Assembly (NCBI GenBank): GCA_965237905.1
Contig: OZ250172.1
Location: forward strand, 2,848,001 to 2,912,000
Origin: Nitrospinaceae bacterium
GTDB taxonomy: Bacteria; Nitrospinota; Nitrospinia; Nitrospinales; Nitrospinaceae
DNA: 64,000 bases
Reading direction: 5' to 3'
Shown: piece after piece, positions 1 to 15,367 of the stretch
How positions within the stretch are numbered: the stretch's first letter is position 1
Layout: every line of letters begins with the position of its first letter
The notes under the pieces: model-generated
The model's input: only the letters and a program-made list of their open reading frames with translations
Databases searched by the model: none
What the model was told of the DNA's origin: nothing
Made by a program: the position numbers and the translations under genes

Positions 1-172
1 AGAACGGGAATCTAAAATATATTAAAAACAAAAGCTTGCCCGCGGGCCAGATATACTTGGAATAAGTAGATTTAGGTATTATTGAGTAATAAAACTACAC
101 TAATAGAGATAATAAATATACATAAATCCATCGTGTGCCTCATAATTCCTTTAAAATTGAGGGATTACTGGT

Positions 173-189
173 TTGGCACACCATTTGCT
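173..189 (+). promoter_or_regulatory. sigma54 (-24/-12) promoter of gltBD
   Basis: TTGGCAC-ACCAT-TTGCT is a perfect match to TGGCAC-N5-TTGC, ~100 bp upstream of the gltB ATG. Confidence 0.8.
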
Positions 190-289
190 CTATATTATCC
201 CTCGAGGGAAAAATTAGACTGATCTTGATTTTGGCCGAAATCTCTATAGAATTTCAAGATTCCGCAATTATCCAATAGATAATAGACAT

Positions 290-4824
<4,535 letters not shown>

Positions 4825-4825
<1 letters not shown>

Positions 4826-6294
4826 TGGGTGCGGTTAAGGGTTTTATGGAATTTCAGAGAGAGACCCCGAAGCCCCGGCCGGTCAGTGACCGGTTGAAGG
4901 ATAAGAACGAGGTCTATGAACCGTTCCCGCTGGAAAAATATCAGGAGCAGGGGGCGCGTTGTATGGACTGCGGGGTGCCGTTCTGCCAGAGCAATACCGG
5001 GTGCCCGCTGGGCAACGCCATCCCCGACTGGAATGATATGGTGTACCGCGATCAGTGGGAAGAGGCGCTATCCCTGCTTCTCAATACCAATAATTTTCCC
5101 GAGTTCACCGGGCGCATCTGCCCCGCTCCCTGCGAGGGCGCCTGTGTGCTGGCCATCAACGAACCGGCGGTGACCATCCGCAACATTGAGGAGATCATCG
5201 CGGAAAAGGGATTCGAAAACGGTTGGATGCAGCCGAATCCGCCGAAAAAGAGAACGGGAAAAAAGGTAGCGATCGTCGGGTCGGGTCCGGCCGGACTGGC
5301 CGCCGCGGATCAGTTGAACCAGGTCGGGCATACAGTGACGGTTTTCGAAAAGGCGGATCGCATCGGCGGGCTTTTGATGTACGGTATCCCCAACTTCAAA
5401 CTGGAAAAGAGAATCGTAAAACGCCGGACTGATTTGATGGAGGCGGAAGGGGTGGTGTTCAAACCCAATTCGCATGTGGGTGTGAACCTGCCCGGCAAAG
5501 AACTGTTGGAGAATTTTGATGCGGTCATCCTGTGTTGCGGGTCCGAGAAGCCGCGAGACTTGCCGGTGCCGGGGCGGGAGCTGGACGGCATTCATTTTGC
5601 GATGGACTTTCTTCCCCAACAGAACAAGCGCAACGAGGGTGATACCATTCCCGAGGATATTGCTATCATCGCCAAAGACAAAAACGTGCTGATCATCGGT
5701 GGCGGTGATACCGGGTCGGACTGTCTGGGGACCTCTCTGAGGCAGGGCGCCAAAAAAGTGTATCTGTTTGAATTGCTGGACGAACCGCCCGAGGAAAGAA
5801 GCCCGGACAATCCCTGGCCGCAATGGCCCGCCACCATGTATATCAGTTCGTCTCATGAAGAAGCACAGGAGCGGATTACTAAATACAATATCTCGACTAA
5901 AAAATTTACAGGCGAAAACGGTCAAGTCAAACAGGTCCATGCCGTTAAAATCCAATTTGGCGATCCCGATCCTGAAACCGGTCGCCGTCCCCTGGAAGAG
6001 GTTCCCGATTCAGAGTTTACTCTGGACGTTGATCTGGTCCTGCTGGCGATGGGGTTTGTGCATCCCGTGCATGAGGGATTGGTCAAGGAATTTGGATTGA
6101 AGCTGGATGGACGCGGCAACGTGGCCTGCGACCCGAAGAAGATGACCAGTGTGGACGGTGTGTTTGTGGCCGGTGATATGACGCGGGGTCAGTCGTTGGT
6201 TGTCTGGGCGATTGCCGAAGGCCGCGAAGCCGCACGCTCTGTGGACGAACACCTGATGGGTTTTACCTTCCTGCCCCACAGCGAATTTCTATAA
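4825..6294 (+). CDS. gltD: Glutamate synthase small subunit
   Basis: Start at ATG 4825 overlapping the gltB stop (TGATG); RCMDCGVPFC, GRICPAPCE, GSGPAG and GGGDTG motifs. Confidence 0.97.
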
Positions 6295-6370
6295 AAACCT
6301 GCCCAAGTTAAGCAGGTTCTATTCAAAATCGTATTTAAAATTCTTAAAAAATCAGGAATGGAAAGTTACG

Positions 6371-6976
6371 TTACTTTCCCAGGGAAACGATGAGTTCCAC
6401 GCGTTTGTGAATGCCCAGTTTCTTGAAGATGCGTTTCAGGTGAAACTTGACGGTGAAGGCACTGATGGCAAGCATTTTTGCGATTTCATCATCGTTGTAA
6501 CCCTGCGCGGCGAGCTGGACCACTTCTTTTTCCCGCCGGGTAAGCCCGGCTTCTTCCAGTTTTATTATTTGCGCAAAATTGGGTTTGGGATTGGTTGGGT
6601 GGAAATTGCTCTTTTTTTCCAAACACTGATCGATTTTTTGCAATAAATCGTTCTGATTCACAGGCTTCAAAATATAATCGTCCAGTTCCAGGCGTAGAGC
6701 TTCAATCGCAGTTTCCATGGACGCGTAACCCGTTAAAATCATAACCGGAGTTTCCGGATTCAGTTCTTTGACTTTCCGCGATACTTCCAAACCGTCCATG
6801 TTCTCCATCTTTAAATCAATGATCACAAGATCGTGCTGAAGCATTTTGAAACTTCTCAGACCCTCTTCACCGGATTCCGCCGTGGTGACCTCGTACCCGT
6901 TCTCTTTAAGGTCATCGCTGACTGTTTCCAAAAGAACTTTTTCGTCGTCTATAAGTAGAATGGAATTTCCGGCCAT
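6371..6976 (-). CDS. Response regulator, REC plus LuxR-type HTH
   Basis: ILLIDDE...DLKME...KP receiver and LTRREKEV...TVKFHLKRIFKKLG HTH; likely start 6976 (ORF extends to 7036). Confidence 0.92.
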   Translation of the reverse strand: MAGNSILLIDDEKVLLETVSDDLKENGYEVTTAESGEEGLRSFKMLQHDLVIIDLKMENMDGLEVSRKVKELNPETPVMILTGYASMETAIEALRLELDDYILKPVNQNDLLQKIDQCLEKKSNFHPTNPKPNFAQIIKLEEAGLTRREKEVVQLAAQGYNDDEIAKMLAISAFTVKFHLKRIFKKLGIHKRVELIVSLGK

Positions 6977-7181
6977 TTTGATGTTTTGACTCCCTAAAAT
7001 CTCGGTAAACATTGAAATCCGATGTAAGTGGGACATAGTATCAAAATCATTTTGATGAAATCTATTGAAAAGAAAGAACTATTCAAAATAATTGGTAAAC
7101 CGAACTTTAAATGGGGAAGTTTTTCTCTATAAATTAATTTTTTTCGGGTGAGTTCACCTTAAATAGGGTGATTAAGAGAAA

Positions 7182-8261
7182 CTAAAATTTCAGGCGCTGA
7201 AAGATCCCTTTCAGTTTCTCTTTGACGGGCTTGCCGTCGATTTCGGCGAGTTCGTGAAGCAGCTCTTTTTGTCTCTTATTTAATTTTTTGGGAGTTTCAA
7301 CAATCAGTTGGATGATCTGATCTCCCCGGCCGCGTCCTCTGATTTGCGGGATACCGGCTCTCTGGATGCGGTAGCGGTCTCCGGATTGAGTTCCCGGGGT
7401 GATGGAGATTACTTTAGTTTTGTTGTCGAGTAAGGGCACCTCAATATCCGCTCCCAATGCGGCTTGGGAATAAGAGATATTCAGTTGGCAGTAGAGGTCC
7501 AAACCTTCACGGTGAAAAAACTCATGGGTCTGGACATGGACAAAAACATAAAGGTCGCCGGCAGGCATTCCCGGCGCCGCTTCACCTTCGTTGCGCAGGC
7601 GAAGTCGCGAGCCATCGTCTACCCCTGCAGGGATGTTGACCGAAATTTCTTTTTTGTCGATTTCCACGCCTTCCCCATGGCAGGTAAGGCAGGGATCCTT
7701 GATGATTTGTCCGGTGCCATGGCAGTGAGGGCAGGGGCTTTGCAAACTGAAAAATCCCTGGGAACGCACCACCTGGCCGGTTCCGCGGCAGGTACCGCAA
7801 TGAACGGGCGAGGTGCCGGGTTTGCATCGGGAACCTTTACAGGTTCGGCAGGGTACGTGTTTGCGGACTTCTACGGGTTGTTCTGCTCCAAAGGCGGCCT
7901 GTTCGAAGGAGATAGTGATATCGGCGCGCAGGTCTGCGCCGGTTCTTTGGCCACCCCCGCCGCCAAAGAAATCACCGAAGATGTCTCCGAAGGCGGAAAA
8001 GATGTCCTCAAATCCGCCGAACCCGCCTGCTCCTTTTCCTTTTAAGCCTTCGTGCCCAAACTGATTGTAGATATTTCTTTTTTCCGGATCGCGCAGGACT
8101 TCGTAAGCTTCTGCGGCTTCCTTGAATTTTTCTTCGGCCTCTTTATTGTCTGGGTTTTTATCCGGATGGTACTTGAGTGCCATTTGGCGGTAGGATTTTT
8201 TTAAATCGGATTCGGAAGCATTGCGGTCAACACTCAAGATTTCATAATAATCTCGCTTCAC
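7182..8261 (-). CDS. dnaJ: Chaperone DnaJ
   Basis: J-domain HPD, G/F region, four CxxCxGxG-type repeats; GTG start. Confidence 0.97.
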   Translation of the reverse strand: MKRDYYEILSVDRNASESDLKKSYRQMALKYHPDKNPDNKEAEEKFKEAAEAYEVLRDPEKRNIYNQFGHEGLKGKGAGGFGGFEDIFSAFGDIFGDFFGGGGGQRTGADLRADITISFEQAAFGAEQPVEVRKHVPCRTCKGSRCKPGTSPVHCGTCRGTGQVVRSQGFFSLQSPCPHCHGTGQIIKDPCLTCHGEGVEIDKKEISVNIPAGVDDGSRLRLRNEGEAAPGMPAGDLYVFVHVQTHEFFHREGLDLYCQLNISYSQAALGADIEVPLLDNKTKVISITPGTQSGDRYRIQRAGIPQIRGRGRGDQIIQLIVETPKKLNKRQKELLHELAEIDGKPVKEKLKGIFQRLKF

Positions 8262-8270
8262 TCAAGCTCC

Positions 8271-8885
8271 TTACTGTTTCAGTCTTGCCACTTTAACTTT
8301 GGCGGGTTTAAGTAATCTGCCTTTAAAAAGGTAACCCGGTTCCAGTTCTTCCACAATCTCATTATCTTTATCCGGGTCGGTGGTGTCCTCGGTCATGAAC
8401 GCTTCATCCGTCTGGGGGTTGAATTTGCGTCCTGACGCGGAAATGGTTTCAACTCCGCTCTCTTTGAGTGTGCCGAGCAGTTGCGAATAGGTCATTTCGA
8501 TTCCCTGTTTCAGACTTTCATAGTCGGCAGAGGATTGAGCGGAATCGATCGCTCTTTTAAAATTGTCCATAATGGGAATCAGCTTTTTGAAAAAATCGGT
8601 TTTGATCTGTTCGAGCCGATTTTCGTTTTCCTTTTGAAGGCGAACGCGGATTTCATCGGTTTCTGCCGTTTTGGATTTGTAGGCGGCAATATATTCCCGT
8701 AGCTGTTGGTCTTTTGCTTCGGTCTGTTGTTTCAACTGTTCGACATAGGAGGGAAGGCGTTCGGCAGGTTCGCCGGCTGGGTTTTCTCCATCATCTTCGA
8801 GGGCCCAATGACGCCGGTCACTGACGGTGAACCGGGACGTTTCCTGGTTCTCCGTTTGACTGTCCTTGCTTTTTGGCTCGTTCAT
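8271..8885 (-). CDS. grpE: Nucleotide exchange factor GrpE
   Basis: Coiled coil then LIPIMDNF...FNPQTDEA...GYLFKGRLLKPAKVKV; lies between dnaK and dnaJ. Confidence 0.93.
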   Translation of the reverse strand: MNEPKSKDSQTENQETSRFTVSDRRHWALEDDGENPAGEPAERLPSYVEQLKQQTEAKDQQLREYIAAYKSKTAETDEIRVRLQKENENRLEQIKTDFFKKLIPIMDNFKRAIDSAQSSADYESLKQGIEMTYSQLLGTLKESGVETISASGRKFNPQTDEAFMTEDTTDPDKDNEIVEELEPGYLFKGRLLKPAKVKVARLKQ

Positions 8886-8913
8886 AAACGCACCGCATGC
8901 CTGATAAATTATA

Positions 8914-8999
8914 AGCGGGGAAGCCAGGAAACCAGCTTCCCCGCTCGGGAGAGAGTAAAACCCTCCAAGGGAGGTGAGAAACCGGGCACGCCCGGTTTC
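8914..8999 (-). other. Two GC-rich hairpins in the dnaK-grpE spacer (attenuator or mRNA-stabilising elements)
   Basis: AGCGGGGAAGC...GCTTCCCCGCT (8914-8945) and GAAACCGGG-CACG-CCCGGTTTC (8978-8999). Confidence 0.6.
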
Positions 9000-9047
9000 C
9001 CGATACTAGCCGGAGCGATGTTCTAAGACACCCACCAGCCTTGGCAC

Positions 9048-11006
9048 TTACTTTTTATTGCTGACGTCTTCAAACTCCGCATCGACGACATCCTCATCGG
9101 ATTTATCAGAGCCATTTTCGCCGCCGCCTTCACCCGATTCGGGGCCGCCTTCAGGACCGCCCTCCGGACCGTCCTCTGGTCCGCCTTCGCCGCCGGAAGC
9201 ATCGGTTTGTGCGTACATCTTTTGAGCCAAGTTATGGGACGCTTGGGTCAGGGCTTCGACCTGGCTTTTGATTTGCTCGGCATCGGGCTCTTCACCTTCC
9301 AATACCTTTTTGGCCTCGGCAACGGCTTCTTCCGCGGCTTTGATGTCTTCTTCACCCAGCTTCTCTTTATTGTCCCTGATGGTTTTTTCAGTGTTGTAGA
9401 TCAGGGAATCGAGTTCGTTGCGGGCGTCGATCGCTTCACGCCGTTGCTTGTCGGTTTCGGCGTTGGTTTCGGCATCCTTCACCATGTTTTCGATTTCACT
9501 GTCACTGAGACCGGTGTTGTCGGTAATGGTGATCTTCTGTTCCTTGCCGGTGCCCTTGTCCTTCGCGGACACGTGGAGGATACCGTTGGCGTCGATGTCA
9601 AAGGTGACTTCGACCTGCGGTACGCCCCGGGGCGCAGCGGGAATCCCGTCGAGGTGAAATTTACCCAGCGAGCGGTTGTCTTTCGCCATTTCCCGTTCCC
9701 CTTGAAGCACGTTGACCTCGACGCTCGGCTGGTTGTCCGATGCGGTGGAAAACGTTTCACTTTTGCGGGTCGGAATCGTGGTGTTGCGTTCGATCAGCCG
9801 GGTGGTCACGCCGCCCAGGGTTTCGATTCCCAGGGAAAGGGGAGTGACATCCAGCAACAGGATATCTTTCACATCACCGGAAAGAACGCCGGCTTGTACG
9901 GCGGCGCCCAGTGCTACGACTTCGTCTGGATTAACGCCGCGGTGAGGTTCCTTTCCGAACAGGTTTTTGACGATTTCCTGGACCTTTGGAACCCGTGTAG
10001 AACCACCCACCAGAATCGCTTCATGAATCTTGCTGGAATCCAGCTCGGCATCTTTGAGGGCTTTTTTGCAGGGCGCTTTGGTGCGCTCCAGCAAATCGTC
10101 CACCAATGACTCGAACTTGGCGCGAGACAGCTTCAGGTTGAGATGCTTGGGACCCGTTTGATCGGCGGTGATGAACGGGAGATTGATATCGGTTTCACTG
10201 GTAGAGGAAAGCTCCATCTTGGCTTTCTCCGCCCCTTCTTTCAGTCTCTGCAGAGCCATGCTGTCGTTGGACAGATCGATTCCACTGTCTTTTTTGAATT
10301 CAGTCACCAGCCAGTCGATGACGCGTTGATCGAGGTTGTCGCCGCCGAGATGGGTATCCCCGTTGGTGGCTTTGACCTCGACGACGTTGTCGCCAACTTC
10401 AAGAATGGAGACGTCGAACGTTCCGCCGCCAAAGTCATAGACGGCGATCATGTGATCTTTGTTTTTATCCAGACCGTAAGCGAGTGCAGAAGCGGTCGGC
10501 TCGTTGATGATTCGCTTGACGTCCAGGCCGGCAATTTTCCCGGCATCCTTGGTGGCCTGTCTCTGGGCATCATTAAAATAGGCGGGAACGGTGATCACCG
10601 CTTCCGTTACGGTTTCTCCCAAATAGGCTTCGGCTGATTTTTTCACCTTTTGCAGAATCATGGCGGAGATTTCCGGAGGGCTGTATTGTTTGCCCTGGAT
10701 TTCAATCCGTACGTCATTTTTAGGGCCCTTAATTACTTTATAAGGCACCATTTTCATTTCTTCGCTGACTTCGTCATAGGACCGCCCCATGAACCGTTTC
10801 ACGGAAAAAATAGTGTTTTCAGGGTTGGCAATGGCCTGCCGCTTAGCCACCTGACCCACCAGAATTTCGCCTTCTTTGGTGAACGCCACGACGGATGGAG
10901 TGGTCTGGTTGCCCTCCTCGTTGACTATGACTTTAGGCTCACTTCCTTCCATCACGGCGACCACGGAATTGGTGGTCCCCAAATCGATTCCAATGATCTT
11001 TCCCAT
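9048..11006 (-). CDS. dnaK: Chaperone DnaK (Hsp70)
   Basis: [30 protein letters not shown] tail; likely start MGKIIG at 11006. Confidence 0.99.
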   Translation of the reverse strand: MGKIIGIDLGTTNSVVAVMEGSEPKVIVNEEGNQTTPSVVAFTKEGEILVGQVAKRQAIANPENTIFSVKRFMGRSYDEVSEEMKMVPYKVIKGPKNDVRIEIQGKQYSPPEISAMILQKVKKSAEAYLGETVTEAVITVPAYFNDAQRQATKDAGKIAGLDVKRIINEPTASALAYGLDKNKDHMIAVYDFGGGTFDVSILEVGDNVVEVKATNGDTHLGGDNLDQRVIDWLVTEFKKDSGIDLSNDSMALQRLKEGAEKAKMELSSTSETDINLPFITADQTGPKHLNLKLSRAKFESLVDDLLERTKAPCKKALKDAELDSSKIHEAILVGGSTRVPKVQEIVKNLFGKEPHRGVNPDEVVALGAAVQAGVLSGDVKDILLLDVTPLSLGIETLGGVTTRLIERNTTIPTRKSETFSTASDNQPSVEVNVLQGEREMAKDNRSLGKFHLDGIPAAPRGVPQVEVTFDIDANGILHVSAKDKGTGKEQKITITDNTGLSDSEIENMVKDAETNAETDKQRREAIDARNELDSLIYNTEKTIRDNKEKLGEEDIKAAEEAVAEAKKVLEGEEPDAEQIKSQVEALTQASHNLAQKMYAQTDASGGEGGPEDGPEGGPEGGPESGEGGGENGSDKSDEDVVDAEFEDVSNKK

Positions 11007-11097
11007 GGGTGCAAATCCTTTCAAAGTATGCGATATTAATATTAAGTCTTATATTTAAAACAGTTATTGTTTTTTGGGTTATTTCGCGTTACTTGGT

Positions 11098-11126
11098 TAA
11101 ATAAAATCCCTTGGAGGCAGAGTCAA
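11098..11126 (-). promoter_or_regulatory. Candidate sigma70-type promoter of the dnaK operon
   Basis: Minus strand TTGACT-N17-TATTTA about 90 bp upstream of dnaK. Confidence 0.5.
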
Positions 11127-11254
11127 GCTGTGGGGTCTTAAATATTTTAAGTGGGGTAAAGGCCGGTTTTTAGGGGGATGTATGTGGGAAACTTTTAAAA
11201 ACAATGACTTAAATGAAATTAACCCTGGTTTCTGAGCCAAATCAAGCTTGAGAG

Positions 11255-11647
11255 GTGTCCGTGAATAATAAAATTACGGAAGATCACAGAGAATTTTCCC
11301 GGGTAGACGTCAAAATACTCGCCAAAGTGCAGGCCAAGGGCAAGGAGATGGTTTCCACAGGTGCGCATGATGTCAGTATGAAAGGTGTATTTGTGAGCGG
11401 CAAAACCGATTGGTCCATGGGGACTGAGTGTGAGATTCATTTGATTCTGGAGGGCCAGAATCCGCCGGTGGATATTAAAGTGAAGGGCAGGGTTCAGCGG
11501 ATCACTGAAGAGGGAATCGCGTTGTTGTTTACCGAGGTCAGTCTTGAGGCCTATGAACACCTCCACAATTTGGTTTTGTTAAATACTGATGACCCTGAAA
11601 AAGCAGAACGGGAATTTAAAAACCACCTGGGCCTGAAAAAGAAATAA
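11255..11647 (+). CDS. PilZ domain protein
   Basis: RxxxR (REFSR) and DxSxxG (DVSMKG) c-di-GMP-binding motifs. Confidence 0.88.
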   Translation: MSVNNKITEDHREFSRVDVKILAKVQAKGKEMVSTGAHDVSMKGVFVSGKTDWSMGTECEIHLILEGQNPPVDIKVKGRVQRITEEGIALLFTEVSLEAYEHLHNLVLLNTDDPEKAEREFKNHLGLKKK

Positions 11648-11669
11648 TCCCCCTGAAGCGGATCACTTC

Positions 11670-12119
11670 CTACTTTTCATGGAGCAGGACCACCAGAAAA
11701 GGCAGGCCCTCGCAATCAAAGTTTACCGCAGTTAACGTTTCGCTTCCTGGGTGATGGAGGTTGTAATCGGTTACGGCCACGCAAGGCAGAGATATGGAAC
11801 AAGGGGCAGGAAAAAGAGATTTGATATTACCCGCCAAGATATTAGTGATTTCCCCTATGACATCCTGAATCTGCTGGTTGTCAACTTCAGTCTCATCAAG
11901 ACCATACATTGTTGCGGCAACCTTTCTGCCGATTTCCTTGGGAGCATATAGAGTGACGGCCCCCTGCCATTCTCCTGTAATTTGGACGCATCCGGCCAGT
12001 GTATTGTCCTTGCCTCTGGGCTTAAAAGGTTTGTCGGTAGGAGAAGCCTTCATGCTCAAAAATGTAGACCAAATATCAGTAACAAATTGACTGATCTCTG
12101 CTTCGCATTCAAACGCCAT
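11670..12119 (-). CDS. cheX: CheX-family phosphatase
   Basis: VQITGEWQG and DVIGEITNILAGN motif followed by SLP. Confidence 0.88.
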   Translation of the reverse strand: MAFECEAEISQFVTDIWSTFLSMKASPTDKPFKPRGKDNTLAGCVQITGEWQGAVTLYAPKEIGRKVAATMYGLDETEVDNQQIQDVIGEITNILAGNIKSLFPAPCSISLPCVAVTDYNLHHPGSETLTAVNFDCEGLPFLVVLLHEK

Positions 12120-12125
12120 AGTTTT

Positions 12126-12947
12126 TTACCTTTTCAAACGATAGCAACCTGAGTGCTTATAGTCCACCCGCTCAAAAGCATTATCCAGGTTGATGGTGGA
12201 TTCCGCCGCGCCCAAAAATAGAAATCCATCGGGTTGAAGTATAGATCTCAGTTGTTCTAGAATTTTCTTTTTCGTTTCAATATCAAAATAGATCAAAACA
12301 TTCCGCATGAAAATGATGTCCATTGGGGGAAGGTAGGGCAATTCCCTGGACAGGTTGATATGTTGAAAGTGGATCATTTCCTGAAGTTGTTTTTTGATGG
12401 ACCACGTCGTTCCGTTCTTCTCAAAGTATTTGACCAAAAATGAGGCAGGAAGACCGCGGTTCACTTCGAGCTGGCTGAACTTCCCGGATCGGCACCGGTC
12501 CAGCATTTTCTCGGAGATATCACTTGCGATAAAATTTATTTTCCAATCGAGGAGTGCCGGAAAGCTTTCCCGGATAAGCATGGCTATCGAATAAGGTTCC
12601 TGACCGCTGGAACTGGCGGCGCACCAGATATTCAGTTTTTCGGTGCTTGTACGGCTTTCAAGTAATTCAGGCAGGACTGCGTCCTTAAGAGTTTCAAAGG
12701 GATGGATATCCCGGAAAAAGGATGTTTCATTGGTGGTCAACGCTTCGATTACTTTAGACTGAAGACCATTGTCGGAATTCTTACGAAGGGCCTCGACCAG
12801 TTGATCGATCGTATCGAAACCTTCGGTTTCGACTACCTGCCCGATACGTGACTCGACCAAATATTCTTTGCCGTCTTCAAGGACAATGGCGGAACGCTCC
12901 AAAACCAATTCCCGAATATAATTAAAATCGCTCTCAGAAACCGACAT
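12126..12947 (-). CDS. cheR: Chemotaxis methyltransferase
   Basis: TTNETSFFRD, IWCAASSSGQEPYS, FMRNVLIYFD, LFLGAAE. Confidence 0.96.
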   Translation of the reverse strand: MSVSESDFNYIRELVLERSAIVLEDGKEYLVESRIGQVVETEGFDTIDQLVEALRKNSDNGLQSKVIEALTTNETSFFRDIHPFETLKDAVLPELLESRTSTEKLNIWCAASSSGQEPYSIAMLIRESFPALLDWKINFIASDISEKMLDRCRSGKFSQLEVNRGLPASFLVKYFEKNGTTWSIKKQLQEMIHFQHINLSRELPYLPPMDIIFMRNVLIYFDIETKKKILEQLRSILQPDGFLFLGAAESTINLDNAFERVDYKHSGCYRLKR

Positions 12948-13059
12948 AATTTTATAGTAATGCTTTCCCAGATAAGTAGGGTTTGACAGCCTGTTTGCAT
13001 TTTAAAGGGAGGCGGTACTATCGGACCTCGACAACCGCTTCCGCCTTGTCAATGGGATT

Positions 13060-13440
13060 TTACTTGGGTGTGTTGGAGATATTCATACCCATCAGGGCCA
13101 ACTTTTCAACAATCATTTCGTTGGTAAACGGCTTCATGATGTATTCATCTGCTCCCGCCTTCAAAGCCTCCGCCACCTTGTCTATTGCCGTTTCAGTGGT
13201 CACCATCATCATCCGCATATCTTTGTAGGCATTGTCTTTGCGGACCTCCTGAATAAACTCGCAACCGTTCATATCCGGCATGTTCCAATCGACAAGAGCC
13301 AAGTCTACTTTTTCTTTTTTGATCAAATCCATTGCCTCCAAACCATTGGCGGCTTCCTCAACCGTAAATCCTACCCCTACGAGGATTCCAGTCAAAATTG
13401 AGCGTATGGATTTGGAGTCGTCAATGACTAAGGCGCGCAC
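13060..13440 (-). CDS. cheY: CheY-like single-domain response regulator
   Basis: LVIDDS...DWNMPDMNG...MVTTE...YIMKPF; adjacent to cheR. Confidence 0.85.
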   Translation of the reverse strand: MRALVIDDSKSIRSILTGILVGVGFTVEEAANGLEAMDLIKKEKVDLALVDWNMPDMNGCEFIQEVRKDNAYKDMRMMMVTTETAIDKVAEALKAGADEYIMKPFTNEMIVEKLALMGMNISNTPK

Positions 13441-13728
13441 TCATTATCTCCTGCGGCATGGATCTCCGTCTGGATCTGGAAACCCTTTAAACATAATGGC
13501 TTATAAGACTAAAATTGCAACTGTTTGAATTTAGACTAAGGGGTAAACCAGGGTCTGTCAATTGAAAAAGAATGGATTGGGAGGGGTTGATAGAACTGAA
13601 AGAATCTTCGTAAACTATTATTTTTATAGGAAAAATGAAACAGGGATGAATGTCTGGAGAGTGCGCTTGAGGCCTTGGTACAGGGTCGGCAATTTTTAAG
13701 AATGATAATTCAGGGAAGGGTGACTGGG

Positions 13729-13754
13729 AAAAAACAGGCCCGCCAAAGCGGGCC
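13729..13754 (-). terminator. Intrinsic terminator after the PorD/ForD-like gene
   Basis: GGCCCGC-CAAA-GCGGGCC stem followed on the minus strand by TGTTTTTT. Confidence 0.75.
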
Positions 13755-13761
13755 GCAAACT

Positions 13762-14478
13762 TTATTCCTGGTTTTCGTCGAGGCCTTGGTGGAGCTCTCC
13801 CATAAACAGGGTCGCATTCTCCTTGGAGTCCGCTTTAAGCCTTTCCTTATTTGCCCGGATTTCTTCCAGTTCTTCTATGCCTTCGGAAGTTAAAGCCCAG
13901 GGAGTAATGGATTTTTTGGCCTTTTTAATGGCCTCGGTAATTTTGATCAACTTGTCCGAATCCAAATCCCTAATGGACAGCAGGGCATCCTCATGGCCAT
14001 CATAGGCACACCAAGCCATGGTATAGCAGTTGGTATTCGCCCGGATCATTTTCAGGGTGATGTTGGCAAAATGGCAGTGAACCCCGATTAAGGCGCATAC
14101 ATGAATCTTATTATGCTGGATGGTTAGATTGGGGTGACAGGGATTGATCACCGCTTCAGGATCAATTTTGGGGTAGATGGGTCGATAATCCGGCATAGGA
14201 ATGATATTCATTCCGGGAACTTCTTTAGCCAGATCGAGAGCCAGCTTGGCTTTATGTCGGGTTTCCTCGGTCCATCCCCACACAATCATGGGTCCGGGAA
14301 ACAAGGTTGGGTTTCTACGAGTCAGCATTTCGTGGGCAGCAGTTTCGATGGCTTTCTCTGTGGGCACGTGTTCCCCTTCCACCAATTCCATATTTGACCC
14401 TTCTTCGGGCTGGAAAATTCCCATCGACGCGGCCGAAGGGGGTAGAAACCCCGCAGGACCCAGTTCTAATTTCGGCAT
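13762..14478 (-). CDS. Delta subunit (PorD/ForD-like, CO_dh beta family) of five-subunit 2-oxoacid:ferredoxin oxidoreductase
   Basis: PTLFPGP, MPDYRPIYPKIDPEAVINPCHPNLTIQHNKI, GVHCHFAN, HEDA resemble delta subunits of Aquificae/Nitrospira POR/OGOR (recognised from memory). Confidence 0.75.
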   Translation of the reverse strand: MPKLELGPAGFLPPSAASMGIFQPEEGSNMELVEGEHVPTEKAIETAAHEMLTRRNPTLFPGPMIVWGWTEETRHKAKLALDLAKEVPGMNIIPMPDYRPIYPKIDPEAVINPCHPNLTIQHNKIHVCALIGVHCHFANITLKMIRANTNCYTMAWCAYDGHEDALLSIRDLDSDKLIKITEAIKKAKKSITPWALTSEGIEELEEIRANKERLKADSKENATLFMGELHQGLDENQE

Positions 14479-14699
14479 TCTAATAAACCTCCAAATATCA
14501 ATTATTTACGATAAACCCGTAAGGGGGCTAAACTATATTATTTCTGCCCTTGGGGTCGTTATCAGGAAAGAAATCACTGAAACGGGCAGGTATAGACCTC
14601 TCAAGCATAAGAGTGGAATATTATTATCAAATACGAAAACTGTCAATGAATTAATGGGATAAATTTGGCGGATGCTAAGGGGCATTTCAGGTGAATTCG

Positions 14700-15341
14700 T
14701 CAAAATCCCTGTAGTTTTCCCCATTCAAAGGGATTTTGCATCCAAGTGTCCACCACCTGTTTTTCCTCTGGCGCGATATATCCTTCTTTCATCGCAAATT
14801 GGAGGAGGGAGTCCAGGTTTAAGAGGGTATGGAGCCGGCATTGAGACTTTTCAAACCGCTCCTTCGCCTCAGGAAAACCGTAGCTGAAAATTCCCAGACA
14901 ATGTTCGACCACTCCGCCGGCTTCCCGTATGGCCTCGACCGCTTTGACAGCGCTTCCGCCGGTAGAAATCAAATCTTCTACCAGGACCACTGCCTGTCCG
15001 GGTTTCAGTATGCCTTCCACCTGGTTTTTCATCCCGTGCTCTTTGGGAGAGGAGCGGACATAAATTAAAGGCAATTTGATCAGGTTGGCCAGGGAGGTGG
15101 CGTGGGGAATGCCCGCGGTGGCGACCCCGGCAACCGTGTCGACACGTACGCCTTCTTTTTCGATGACTGCCTTCATGCCCTCAGCAATCAGAGTCCGGTG
15201 ATCGGCATGGCCCAAGAGCATTCGGTTGTCATTGTATAAGGGCATCCGGTATCCCGAAGCCCACGTGAATGGATTTTTGGAGTTAATTTTAATCGCCCCG
15301 ATTTCGAGACTGATTTTTGCCAGTTGCTGTGCAAAGTTCAT
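14700..15341 (-). CDS. pyrE: Orotate phosphoribosyltransferase
   Basis: FTWASG, YVR..KEHG, VEDLISTGGS PRPP-binding motif. Confidence 0.95.
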   Translation of the reverse strand: MNFAQQLAKISLEIGAIKINSKNPFTWASGYRMPLYNDNRMLLGHADHRTLIAEGMKAVIEKEGVRVDTVAGVATAGIPHATSLANLIKLPLIYVRSSPKEHGMKNQVEGILKPGQAVVLVEDLISTGGSAVKAVEAIREAGGVVEHCLGIFSYGFPEAKERFEKSQCRLHTLLNLDSLLQFAMKEGYIAPEEKQVVDTWMQNPFEWGKLQGF

Positions 15342-15367
15342 TTTAGATAAATTCCATTTCGGTTTTG

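Noticed and set aside
9120..9195. GGPE repeats in the DnaK tail
   Set aside because: Low-complexity DnaK C-termini are common.
9207..10109. Long antisense ORFs (also opposite gltB, gltD, typA and the radical SAM gene)
   Set aside because: Shadow frames of conserved genes with biased codon usage.
11007..11254. CIRCE/HrcA control of dnaK
   Set aside because: No TTAGCACTC-N9-GAGTGCTAA seen and no hrcA nearby.
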